Source: the human T2T-CHM13v2.0 reference genome, Homo sapiens. Taken from it: a stretch of 64,000 nucleotides of DNA. The stretch's first letter is position 1, and every line of letters begins with the position of its first letter. Under the pieces are notes generated by a model. It was not told the origin of the DNA. It made no database searches and saw nothing but the letters and a program-made list of their open reading frames with translations. The stretch lies in the NCBI RefSeq assembly GCF_009914755.1, contig NC_060939.1; one strand, 5' to 3'. The position numbers and the translations under genes are program-made. This document shows, piece by piece, positions 31,221 through 46,720 of this stretch.

Positions 31221-32237
31221 ATGGGGAAAAAACAGAGCAGAAAAACTGGAAACTCTAAAAAGCAGAACGCCTCTCCTCCTTCAAAGGAACGCAGTTCCTC
31301 ACCAGCAACGGAACAAAGCTGGACGGAGAATGACTTTGACGAGCTGAGAGAAGAAGGCTTCAGACGATCAAATTACTCTGAGCTACGGGAGGACATTCAA
31401 ACCAAAGGCAAAGAAGTTGAAAACTTTGAAAAAAATTTAGAAGAATGTATAACCAGAATAACCAATACAGAGAAGTGCTTAAAGGAGCTGATGGAGCTGA
31501 AAACCAAGGCTCGAGAACTACCTGAAGAATGCAGAAGCCTCAGGAGCCGATGCGATCAACTGGAAGAAAGGGTATCAGCAATGGAAGATGAAATGAATGA
31601 AATGAAGCGAGAAGGGAAGTTTAGAGAAAAAAGAATAAAAAGAAACGAGCAAAGCCTCCAAGAAATATGGGACTATGTGAAAAGACCAAATCTACGTCTG
31701 ATTGGTGTACCTGAAAGTGACGGGGAGAATGGAACCAAGTTGGAAAACACTCTGCAGGATATTATCCAGGAGAATTTCCCCAATCTAGTGAGGCAGGCCA
31801 ACATTCAGATTCAGGAAATACAGAGAACGCCACAGAGATACTCCTCGAGAAGAGCAACTCCAAGACACATAATTGTCAGATTCACCAAAGTTAAAACGAA
31901 GGAAAAAATGTTAAGGGCAGCCAGAGAGAAAGGTCGGGTTACCCTCAAAGGGAAGCCCATCAGACTAAGAGTGGATCTCTCGGCAGAAACTCTACAAGCC
32001 AGAAGAGAGTGGGGGCCAATATTCAACATTCTTAAAGAAAAGAATTTTCAACCCAGAATTTCATATCCAGCCAAACTAAGCTTCATAAGTGAAGGAGAAA
32101 TAAAATCCTTTACAGACAAGCAAATGCTGAGACATTTTGTCACCACCAGGCCTGCCCTAAAAGACCTCCTGAAGGAAGCGCTAAACATGGAAAGGAACAA
32201 CCGGTACCAGCCGCTGCAAAATCATGCCAAAATGTAA
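31221..32237 (+). CDS. LINE-1 ORF1p (338 aa), reading frame intact
   Basis: Full-length ORF with REKG, ARR and YPAKLS motifs. Substitutions versus the remembered L1HS ORF1p include R101P and T250R. Confidence 0.92.
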   Translation: MGKKQSRKTGNSKKQNASPPSKERSSSPATEQSWTENDFDELREEGFRRSNYSELREDIQTKGKEVENFEKNLEECITRITNTEKCLKELMELKTKARELPEECRSLRSRCDQLEERVSAMEDEMNEMKREGKFREKRIKRNEQSLQEIWDYVKRPNLRLIGVPESDGENGTKLENTLQDIIQENFPNLVRQANIQIQEIQRTPQRYSSRRATPRHIIVRFTKVKTKEKMLRAAREKGRVTLKGKPIRLRVDLSAETLQARREWGPIFNILKEKNFQPRISYPAKLSFISEGEIKSFTDKQMLRHFVTTRPALKDLLKEALNMERNNRYQPLQNHAKM

Positions 32238-32300
32238 AGACCATCGAGACTAGGAAGAAACTGCATCAACTAATGAGCAAAATCACCAGCTAACATCATA

Positions 32301-36122
<3,822 letters not shown>

Positions 36123-39100
36123 ACAATGAGAACACATGGACACAGGAAGAGGAACATCACACTCTGTGGACTGTTGTGGGATGGGGGAGGGGGGAGGGAT
36201 AGCATTGGGAGATATACCTAATGCTAGATGACGAGTTAATGGGTGCAGCACACCAGCATGGCACATGTATACATATGTAACTAACCTGCACATTGTGCAC
36301 ATGTACCCTAAAACTTAAAGTATAATAATAATAAAAAAAAACAAAGAGACAATAAGTATCTAATTTTAGTTTCATTTGCTTTGATTTTAATTAGTTGAAT
36401 ATTTTTTCAAGTCTTGTCATTGATATTTATTTTATAAATTACTGATCTTTTATTTCTCCTTTGTATATTTATTTTATATAGTTATAATTTTATTAGTCGT
36501 TCATCTATTACAGACATTTACATGTTGTATTTTCTCAGTTCATCATTTGTATTTATTGTTATAAAGTTTTTAATATGTAAAATTTCAAATTGCATTCATT
36601 AATAGCCCACATTTATGTAGCTGGTCTATAGACTTCAGATTGTACTAAATTTTTAACACATGCAATTTTATTTAATCTTTAAACCACCTTTAAAATGCAT
36701 ACAATAAGTATCCTTATTTCATTGGGGAAACTGAGCCACAGAGAGGTTCAGTGTCTTTCCCAAGTTGCATACCAGTTATTATATGTTAGAGCTTGGTATT
36801 TAAAATTAGAGAATCTGATTCTAGAGTTCTTTTTATTGAATATTTTCTTTTTTCTTTTTTCTTGAGGTATTTGCCTAGAAAGTCTTGACCCACTCTAACA
36901 CTGGATTTTTTTTGTTAATTTCTTACACTCTTCTCTTTATCTAACCCTTCACTTTCTTTTTTTCCATTCTCTTTTTCTTCTTCTTTACCATATTTCCGTT
37001 CCTTCTTCCCCAACTTCTACATTCTCTTGATTTTATCTGGAATTGATGTTGCTATGGTAGGATGAAAGTTAGTTCTCCAAATAGTTAACCAATTATGTCT
37101 GAACTACTTATTAAACAATCTAGCACTTTGTCAATAATTTGAATGCTAAATGTATCATATGAATAACAGATATACTTGGATGTGTATTTTATTTTATTGT
37201 TCTATTGTTATTGTACTAATGCCACATGGTTTAAATATTCTGTAATATTTTATTATCTGAGAGTGTAAATACTTTATCACAATATTTTTTCAAAATTGTT
37301 TTACTACTAATGATTATATGTTTTGCCATATAAACCTTTTCTTGCTTATCAGTTTTCAAATAATGAGTTGATTTTCTACATCTCCAAAGGTAAACAATAA
37401 GGGTATTTTTGTGTTTTGTTTTTTGATATTATAAACTGATGAATTTTAAAATACTGCTGTGTTTTAATATCCTTATTAACACTCAAATTTTCCATTTTTG
37501 GGCAGTGGAAGCCTCTTAAAATTTTATCTGAATGATTTTGAATCAAACTCCAACTGCCTTTTGTAACTTTCATACTTTCAATGATCTAGACTCATTTTCT
37601 ACCTCAAATCAGGAATCAGTCGTATCTTCAAAGATCCCCGATTAATGTTGTGATTAAGTTTATGAGCTGAGCATTAGGGGTGCTCATTGCTATTGCTTTA
37701 GCCATGATTTCAAGTATTTGTTTTCCTGCCAAAGAAAATACAGTATGAGTTCATACTGATATTTTCACTGAAATGTGGGATTAAACTTCTTGGCATTTCT
37801 TATTTGATTTTAGATATGATCTCTTCTTTAACATTGAAAGTCTTTGTTTATTCACATAATTATTTTCTCTACACACACACACAATTGACTAACAATAAGC
37901 TTTGGTGTGTTTATGTTTTGTTTTAATTATTGTTATCTTCTGCATTTAATCCGTTAAGGGCATGCAATAAAATTACCACATTTTAAAGTTATTTGAAACA
38001 GTTTCTCTCTGCATCATTTTTCCAATAACTCAATTCAAAGATTGTTTTTTTTAATTATTAGCAATTCCTTTTTTAAGTCTTATGTAATTTTGTTTCAAAA
38101 GTATATGCATTTACATGGTGTTAAAGTCAAACCTACAAAACAAAATGTATTAGAAAAGTCTAACTTCAATCCTGTCTCTGCTATTCTCTGTTAAAAAAAA
38201 TTCAGTTTTTTCTTCCGTTTTTAAGTAAAGGATTTATATGTATATATATCCTTTTATATTCCATATCTATCCAGTTTAAAAATAAAGGATTTATGTACAT
38301 ATACCCTTTAATATATATTTATATGTACATTAAATATACATATGAATATATGGATATATATAGATATAAATTATATATTAGTCCCTTCTTTCTCAATTAA
38401 ATGTTGTGCCATATTATACAAAAATGTTTCCAATAGTTTTATTGTTTTTTACTTAATACATCCCCAAAGATAATATAAGAGCAGCAGCATACAAATATAT
38501 GTTTAATTACACACTAGAATAATACTTCATTGTGTATTCATAGTTTAGTTAGTTTTGTTTTGTTTTTATTTTTATTTTACCTTGGTGTTTTCTTTTATTG
38601 AATCATACAAAATTGTTTGTATGATTTATTAGCTAAATAAATCTTTTAGCTAATATACCTTTTAAGAAACAACCGATTTCAAAACATTCAGCAGCTTCTC
38701 ATTTTTATGTAGCATTTTTTTTAACCTGTAGCATATTTTTTCAAAACAAAACTCTTAAATAGATGTGCTTTGAAAGTTAACGGATAATGATTTGATTTAT
38801 ATCATAGCTTAAGAGAACAATTAGTTTAAAAGGACAGACTAGACATGTGTTTCTTTAAAAAAAATACAATTTTTGATCAGGTGAATTCAAGTTCAGATTT
38901 AAAAACAGACAGCATCCTAATGTGCCTCCTTTTATTTATAATGCCACTTCTTGAAATTATAGTGATCTACAGTGTGAACAGTAAAGCAAATAATTTCAAA
39001 CTATATTTTTATGTACATTTAAAGCCCTTTAGGATTATGTACCACGATTAAGTACGTGGACTGAAACCAGGGCACTTCCAACATATAGCTCATGCTTCTA

Positions 39101-39251
39101 TGTGATTATTTTTAAGAGCAAACTTAGAGGCATTCTTTTTCCTCCACCCCCAACTGAAACAATTTTCAGCTACAGAGGAGAGCTGCTACCTCACTCCAGC
39201 AATGAAAAATATTACTGTGAATCCAATTTGACCAGCCAGTTTCTCAAGATC

Positions 39252-39531
39252 CTTTTTTATTTATTTATTTGTTGTAGAGATGGGTGGTCACTATGTTGCC
39301 CAGGCTGGACTCGAACTCCTAGGCTCAAGATACTCCCGACTAAGCTTAGAGTAGCTGGGGCCACAGCCACCTACCACCACACCCTGATCTCATATGTTGT
39401 CACTCCCAGCTAACTTTTTTTTTAACTTTTTGTAGAAACAGGGTCTCGCTATGTTATCCAGGCTGGTCTCAAACCCCTGTCTTGGTCTCCCAAGGTGCTG
39501 GGATTACATGTGTGAGCCACCACGCCCAGCC
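39252..39531 (-). mobile_element. Atypical Alu-family composite (FLAM_C-like arm, start of a right arm, FLAM_A-like monomer)
   Basis: Two left-arm-type units (ctatgttgcccaggctgg; ctatgttatccaggctgg) flanked by TCAAGA(T/C)CCTTTT. Confidence 0.65.
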
Positions 39532-39541
39532 ATCAAGACCC

Positions 39542-39712
39542 TTTTTTATTTTATTTTTATTTTTTTAAATTATACTCTAAGTTCCAGGGTACATGTGCAC
39601 ACCGTGCAGGTTCGTTACATATGTATACATGTGCCTTGTTGGTGTGCTGCACCCATTAACTCGTCATTTACATTAGGTATATCTCCTAATGCTATCTATC
39701 CCTCCCCCTACT
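39542..39712 (-). mobile_element. Short L1PA (PA4/5-like) 3' end
   Basis: tatactctaagttccagggtacatgtgcac...cattaggtatatctcctaatgctat with a T-rich tail. No clear TSD. Confidence 0.9.
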
Positions 39713-40023
39713 CTCAACTTATCAGCACAGTTTTACGTTCTCTTTCTTTCCTTCTTCTTACAAAAACAAAACATCAAAACATATAGGAGGGCATCCCTGC
39801 TGGCCTGTTCATCCTGCAAGGTTTCTCGAAAAGGCAGAGCCTGTTGCAACACCTTCTCTGGTCAGCCATGCAGGGTGAGCAGACACCTGTGCTTGGCCTC
39901 ACAAAGCAAAAAGGTGGACCTAGAACCCACTCTTCCCACAGCAGAGACAGAAGGTTAAAAAGTAACAACAAATCACAAAGTGACTTCAAGCATATTAAAG
40001 AAATCAATGATTTAGTGTCTTAA

Positions 40024-40272
40024 ACGCATGTTCTCACTTTGAAGTGGGAACTAAATAATGTGTACATGTGGACATAGAGGTTGGAATAATAGACCTTGAA
40101 GACTAGGAAAGGTGGGAGGGGCAGGGGGTGCTAGGGATGAGAAATTACTTAATGGGCACAATGAACACTATTTGGGTGATGGTTACACTGGAAGTCCAGA
40201 CTTCACCACTATGCAATATATCCATGTGGCAAAACAGCACTTGTATCCTCAAATCAATAAAAATAAAAAAAG
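40024..40272 (+). mobile_element. L1PB4-like 3' end fragment
   Basis: gaaattacttaatggg...ccagacttcaccactatgcaatatatccatgt followed by an A-rich tail. Confidence 0.8.
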
Positions 40273-40372
40273 AATTAAAAAATTCACTGGTCTCCTTAAA
40301 CTAATATAGACAACTTTGTGAGCCACAGTCTTTGAAAAAATTATAATCATAATTGGCCACACTCCATTGTTT

Positions 40373-40414
40373 CATATATATATACACACACACATATATA
40401 TATACACGTGTGTG

Positions 40415-40446
<32 letters not shown>

Positions 40447-40477
40447 TATACACATACACACACACACACACACACAT
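40373..40477. repeat. Compound (TA)n/(CA)n microsatellite
   Basis: Directly visible. Confidence 0.95.
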
Positions 40478-40769
40478 AATCTTGAAATGGTGTGATTTAG
40501 ATTCTGCCTTGGCCTGAGCTCTAAGGGCTACACTTACCCATCTGGGAATTGTAGCACAGGTTTAACTTACTTTTCTTTTTTTTAATATTTAAATTATGTT
40601 AAGTATTCAGGAGGCTGAGAACACAGACTCCCTCTCCCCTATGATCGTCTATACTTAGGCTAAGAATTAAACAAGAACCTTTGTGTTCAGCTAGTGACAA
40701 AACAAAACTGAGCCCAAAACAGGTTGCCATAAGCATGCTGGCTTTGCTCAGTGTTTAATGTTTTTTTTT

Positions 40770-40879
40770 AAAAAAAGCATGGAACACTTCACGAATTTGA
40801 GTGCCATCCTAGTGCAGGAGCCATGCTGATCTTCTCTGTATTGTTCCAGTTTTAGTATATATGATACAGAAGTGAACAC
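40770..40879 (-). pseudogene. Full-length U6 snRNA pseudogene
   Basis: The reverse complement GTGTTCACTTCTGTATCATATATACTAAAACTGGAACAATACAGAGAAGATCAGCATGGC...AAATTCGTGAAGTGTTCCATGCTTTTT aligns end to end with U6 (about 17 mismatches in 107 nt by manual count). The ACAGAGA box is retained. Confidence 0.95.
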
Positions 40880-42989
40880 TCATAGCTTATTTAACTAGTC
40901 CCCTATAGATGGACACTTGGGGACATAGTCTTTTACTATGACAAAGAGTGCTGTAATGAACATCTTTGGGAATATGTCGTTTTGTACTTTTGGAACGTAT
41001 CATTGTGACAAATTATTAGAAGCAAGATTGCTGGGTCAACGGGTCAATATGTATGCATATGTTACATGGATATATAATTTTGCTAGATGTCACCATATTG
41101 CTTGTGTAATTTAATATATCCATTGCTAATCTACAAGAGTGTGTATGTCTTTGAAGTTTCACAAGTAGTGTGCTTATCAACCTTTTGGATTTCGGCAATC
41201 TGGGAGGAAAGTAATGGCATATCAGTGTCGTTTTTAAATTTCATTTTTCTTACTATAAGTGAGGTTGAACATCTTTTCATAAGTTAAGGACAATTTGTTT
41301 TTTACTTTCTGTAAATCAATGTCTTTATATATCTCATGCATTTGTCTTGTTGTTTCTTATGTTTTTAGAAGTTCTTTTTATGTTAAGATTACTGACTCTT
41401 CTGGTGTGTTTTGTAAGTAAGTTACAAACTATTTTGGTACTTGCAAAAATTATACATATAAATTATACATTAAAATACATAATATTATACATTAAAAATT
41501 ATACATATATTATAAATATTTACATCATATTATAAATATATATGATATAATCTATATATTATATCCTATTAGATTATATCATATATAATTATATACATTT
41601 ATATACATTCATATATCTCAAGATTTCCCCTATTGAATGTGGATTTACGTATTATTAATTATTCCCATTTCTAGATCATAAAATAATTACTTCATACTTT
41701 ATTCCATTATATGTTAGTTTTTAACATTTAAATCTTTGATTCATTTTGGATTCTTTTTTGGTATATGGGATGAGGACTAGACCAATTTTCATTTTTTATT
41801 TTGTTATTCATATATTCCATTACCATTCATCAAGAAGTTCATCTTTCCCCCAGTAGTATGAAATGTTATGGTATTATAAATTCAATTTTTGTATATAAAT
41901 CTATTACTGGTTCTGTTCACAATGTTTTAATCAGAGAGATTTTAGCTATTTTTGCTTTTTGTTCTTGTAAATGTACTTTATAATTAACTTGTCTGGCTCC
42001 AGAAAAAAAAAACATATAAAAATTTTTCCTTTTAATTTGGTCCTATGATATTTATATATTAACTTTAAAATAATATATTTTAATGATGTTGAATGTTCCT
42101 TCCAGGAATATGATACATCGTTCTATTTGTCCAACTCTACTTCAGGAGTGTTTTATAATTTTTCTCATATAAATTTTGCCTGTTTTAAACTTTTTTTATG
42201 TTACTGATGGAGTCTTCTCTTTAATACATTGTTCAGGTCTATTTTTGAATTAATTATTGTCTATGTTGTAAGGCAGTAGTCCAACTTCATTCTTTTGCAT
42301 TTCATATCCAGTTATCCTAGTATCTTTAGTTGGAAACACTATTATTTCCCCCACTGAACTGCCCTAGCATCCTTGACAACAGTTGAGTCGAAATATGAGT
42401 TTACTTCTAAACTCTTCATTTCATTATTTTGATCTGTGTGACTATTCTTATGCCAGTACACATTTACTAACACTATGTAAATTTTTAAGTCAGGAAGTTT
42501 GACTCCTCTCACTTTGTTCTTCTTTTTCAAAATTGTTTTGGCTATTCTGGGTCCCTTGTATTTTCATAGCTGTTGCTTTTGGACATATAATTTGAAACCA
42601 ATCAGTGTTTTAAATTCTAATATTTGCTTTATTAGAATTTTTAATTGTTCCATTTGATTTCATCAAAGAATTAATTATGAACTTTCCCTCCTCTCTATTT
42701 CTTGTAACTCTACCTAATTTTCCCATCTCTTATTTCCATTACTAAAGTTTCGGATCAATGTTAAATAATAGTTGTGATTGCATGAATTCGTGTAGCATTC
42801 CTGACTTCAATGAGAATTAAAGGCTTACTGTTAATTTTGATGTTGGTTATTAATTTTAGCAAAAATAACAATTCAGCAAATTGTTTCTCGTTAATTAAAA
42901 CCTTGTAAACAGGAATGACTATGAGGGTGTCTCAAATTTCTGAGTCTTAATTTCCCTGTGAAACTAGGGAACTGAAGCTAGATTGGATC

Positions 42990-43200
42990 AGTGTCCAGTC
43001 AAACAAATGCTGGCTTTAGGGTTCAACACAAACTAGCTTTCCTAACTAACTCTGGAATATTGGACCTGTTAATTAATATTTCCAAGCCTAAATTCCTCAT
43101 TGATGAAAAATTTTGACTGGTCATGCTTACCCTGCAGTGTTTTAGGGATTAAAGCTAATATAAGAAAAGCGCCTGGCATATAATAACCAAGAGACAGTAG
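42990..43200 (+). mobile_element. MIR fragment
   Basis: aagcctaaattcctcatt...ttagggattaaa...gcgcctggcatata. Confidence 0.55.
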
Positions 43201-44974
43201 CTTTTATTCATTTTATAACCTACAACGTTTTTCTAGCTCTAAAATGCTATGGAGTGCTCTGAACGTCTCTTTTCATACTCAAATATGTAAGAAAACGAAT
43301 TGCCAAATAATTATGCCCTAACTGGGAGTGGAAGTTTAAACCTCAGTAAAGGACAGACTGAATTATCCCAGTCAGATCCTTGACAGTTTCGTTATGGCAG
43401 ATAGATACGCCACACAGCAATAAATATAAGAAAACTCAACAATGGAACCGAGATAAGATTTTGTGTGCTATTCACATAACCCAACATCAAAATGAGTTGC
43501 CTACTTGACATAGATTCAGAGAGATCTTACGAGTTGGAAGGAACATCGGTGGGTGATGAATTTCATCTCAGGCACAAAGTGTCACTATTCATTCTATGAC
43601 TTTATTGTGACAAGTTTATCTTTCCATTTGTTATTCCCTTCCACCTATCCATCTCCTAAGATAATTAATAATCACTTACCATGAATTTAGTGACCTATGT
43701 ACATGTCTCATGTCTCTTACTAGACTGAGCCATCCATGGGTCAAGCACCATGTGATATTCAAATCAGTGATTCCTGGTAAGCGCAGAAGAATGAATAAAT
43801 AGCTCTGTAGTTGAATGGATGAAAGAATGAACCAATAAATTAACTAACTGGTTAATCAACCACCTTCCTGCCTTTTCCATTCCATTTGCATTCACTAGGT
43901 TTAAGTGTAAAGGAAAAAAATCATGTGCAATCATGTAAATAGGTATCTCAGGAATCACTTATGCTTCCCAGCAAGACCTTGCTCTAATATAACTGATGTC
44001 ATTTCTAAGCACCTCATTTATTAATTAGTTTACCTATGTCAATTTGATTATCTTATCTTTGGGAGGTACACAAAGACTGAAAATATATGTACATACACAC
44101 ACACACATATTTATATGTGTATATTTATAAATACACATATATTTATATTTTTTAGTGTAAATTATTTTTTCCTGGAATTTGTACGTCACTAATCCAACTT
44201 GAATAACTAGTTCATGGAAGGAACAGTACAAGGGACTCTTTCAGTGTCACAGGAGAAAGAATTGTTGGAGACCCACTGCTCACTTTCGCTTTTTCTCCCC
44301 CGGACACCTGAGTACCCTCGAATCCCACCACAGTTTCTCCTAAGGCATGTTTGTCAGTGCGTTTACAGAGGTTCTAATTAATTCTTTGTAATTGCAGAGT
44401 GTTTTCTGCCTCCATTTCTCACCGCTGTCCCAGCCTTGGAAACAAGATGTTCCACCTCTGGAGGCTGCCCTGGTAAAAGCCTATTAATAAATAATTAAGT
44501 TTGGAGACTCCTGCAGTGGTGAGTCATGGCTGGAGATCATGTGGAAGCTGTCTCCATGGTAACTCACCAACAGGAACTGCACTGCTCTATTTCTCTTTTT
44601 GTATGTGTGGAGAGAGTGGAGGCAAACGCGTAGATTAAAAAGAGATTTGTTTTATGTATGTTTCTTTCTTTTTGTTTTGAAAAAACATCTGCCACTGAAT
44701 TTAGAATTCGAGAAAGGCTATGTTTATGGCAAATGAAATGTGACCTTCAGCTGGGTGCAAAACCTTCTCACACCTCTCTTCCTTATCCCAAGCTCATCTG
44801 CTCCTTCTTCCGGATCTGTTACTGGCTCCACCCTACCTTACTGGGTGTACTGTTGCTTTCCACAAAGCTATTGCCATGTAGTCATTACTGTGCCACTGGC
44901 CCCTGCCAAATGCTTCTTCACTCACTTCTCTCCCCATCTCTGTTAACTTGCTCTTCAGTGTAAGCTAAACTTAT

Positions 44975-45380
44975 ATAGAATGCAAAGAACATGGATTTTG
45001 GAGTAGGGTGGGTCCCCAGCCTCTTCTCCTAACTAGCTATGCGACTTAGGAAAGTTACTGGACTTCTCTCCGTCTGTTTCCCTGCCCATAAAATGCAAAT
45101 AATAATCCCCCTGCAGGATTGTAGTGAAGTTACAGGAGGCAGCATAAAGTAGGCAATAAAAACATACATTTTTACATCAGATTGGATTTGAATCTTCTCT
45201 TTGCCTTTTACTCACTTTCTCTTTTAGGGAAAGTTAATTTCCCTAAGTCTCAGTTCCTTATCTAAAAAGCTGATCAAACAATCACAGACAGATTTATTTG
45301 AAACATTAACTTACAGGAAGGTATGTGAAAGCCTTTTGCAAAGTGTGAATACTTAGTACATGCCCATTACAGTTTATTAA
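44975..45380 (+). mobile_element. Two adjacent MIR fragments
   Basis: Two MIR cores (ctgtttccctgcccataaaatg; ctcagttccttatctaaaa). Confidence 0.6.
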
Positions 45381-46309
45381 AGGATGTAGCATTATAGTTG
45401 GTGTCTAAGAAATAAAGCTATTTTTATGATGATGAGTTTGTTGTGAGACAATGGTAACTTGATATAAAGGTCTGACAGGTGGGGGTCAGCAGCTTGGGCA
45501 CAACAGAGCGAAAGTCATTGAACCCTTGTGTCCTTGCCTAGATTGACACTCGATTCTGCTTCAGATAGAACCTTTGACTTTCTAACCAGATCTAAGCTCA
45601 GACTCCTTTGCAGAATCATGACCCAGGCCAATCTTATCCCAGCACTGAGGTCATTTGTTCTGGATATTCTGCATTTTCCTCCCTCCTGTGCTCTGTTCTG
45701 TGATCCAAAAGGTTGACTGTATCTCTTAAGCTTGCTTTCAGGTGGCTTCCAGGTGTATAAAACCAATAAAAGAAACCCAATGAGAGCTACACAATTATTT
45801 AATAGGAGCAAAGAGAACGAGGTCTGGAACCCAGGAGATTCACTGGGCTCTCTGTTGGTACATCAAAGTTTAATAATAAATAGAAAACTAAGGCAACCTA
45901 ATCAATCCTGAACAACTGAGAACTTAGATCCTTCCATCATGAAGTCATGGATCATTCTCCCAAGCAAAGAATTTTGAACTGATGGCAGAGGATGAAGGTA
46001 AGGAATGGCTGGTGTCAGAGGAAAGCTACGATAATTAACATAGGTCTTGGGACTAGCCATAGAAGTGATAACTATAGAAACCATGCACATTTCATGTTAC
46101 TTGACTTTTCCCATCTGTTCTTCCTACCTTAAATAAAAAATTCCAGAAGTGTCCATCAAGTTTCAGGGAGATATGTGAGGGAACTGACATCATCCTATGA
46201 AAATATGGTAGCTGGTGAGACTTTTTCTCTCCTCTGTTTTGGGGGCAACTGTTTCTTTACTTAATAAAAAGCAAGAAAAGATGCTGAATGGCAAAACGGG
46301 GAGACTGAA

Positions 46310-46720
46310 GAGGTTCTCCTGTACTTATTCCACCTCTCACATCCCAAGTCTCTTCTTTCTCTGACCCACTCTGGGGCCAAGAAAGCCGTTGCCTGCATAC
46401 ACCTTGCAGATGGTTTCAAGTTGAGTTTGGCCAATGGGATGCATCAGCAAGAGACTGAAGGGTGAAAGAAGACGTAAGTAGAGGGGAAGTGCTTCGGCTA
46501 TGCCTGCCCTGCTCCTTCTGTAGCTGAGCATCTGTGGCAGATGCTGTGTCCTTCCATGACCACAGCTTTTGTGAGGCCACCTGCTGTGCTATGTTTTTAG
46601 ATGCCACCCTATCTGTATTTACTCTCTTACCCTGCCAATTCCTCTGCACGTCATCCCTTCATTGAAATCTTTCAGCTGAACCGAATTCTGCTTCCTACTA
46701 GGCTGTTACTCACATTGAAC
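46310..46720 (+). mobile_element. LTR33-like (ERVL) LTR
   Basis: Signature ttgagtttggccaatggga...cagcaagagactgaaggg; cccttcattgaaatctttca near the 3' end. Confidence 0.6.

Larger units (their letters stand above)
38551..40879 (-). pseudogene. Candidate U6/mRNA-3'UTR chimeric retrocopy
   Basis: U6 at the 5' end, AATAAA at 38594-38599, decayed poly(A) at 38551-38578, and TSD-like TCATAG(T/C)TTA(G/T)TT at 38538-38550 and 40880-40892. The host L1 is split at this point. Confidence 0.7.

Noticed and set aside
40770-40879. Functional U6 gene
   Set aside because: About 17 substitutions, several in the 5' stem. The upstream DNA is old L1 with no recognisable PSE/TATA arrangement.
41440-41620. AT-rich quasi-repeat
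   Set aside because: Decayed (TA)n low-complexity tract.
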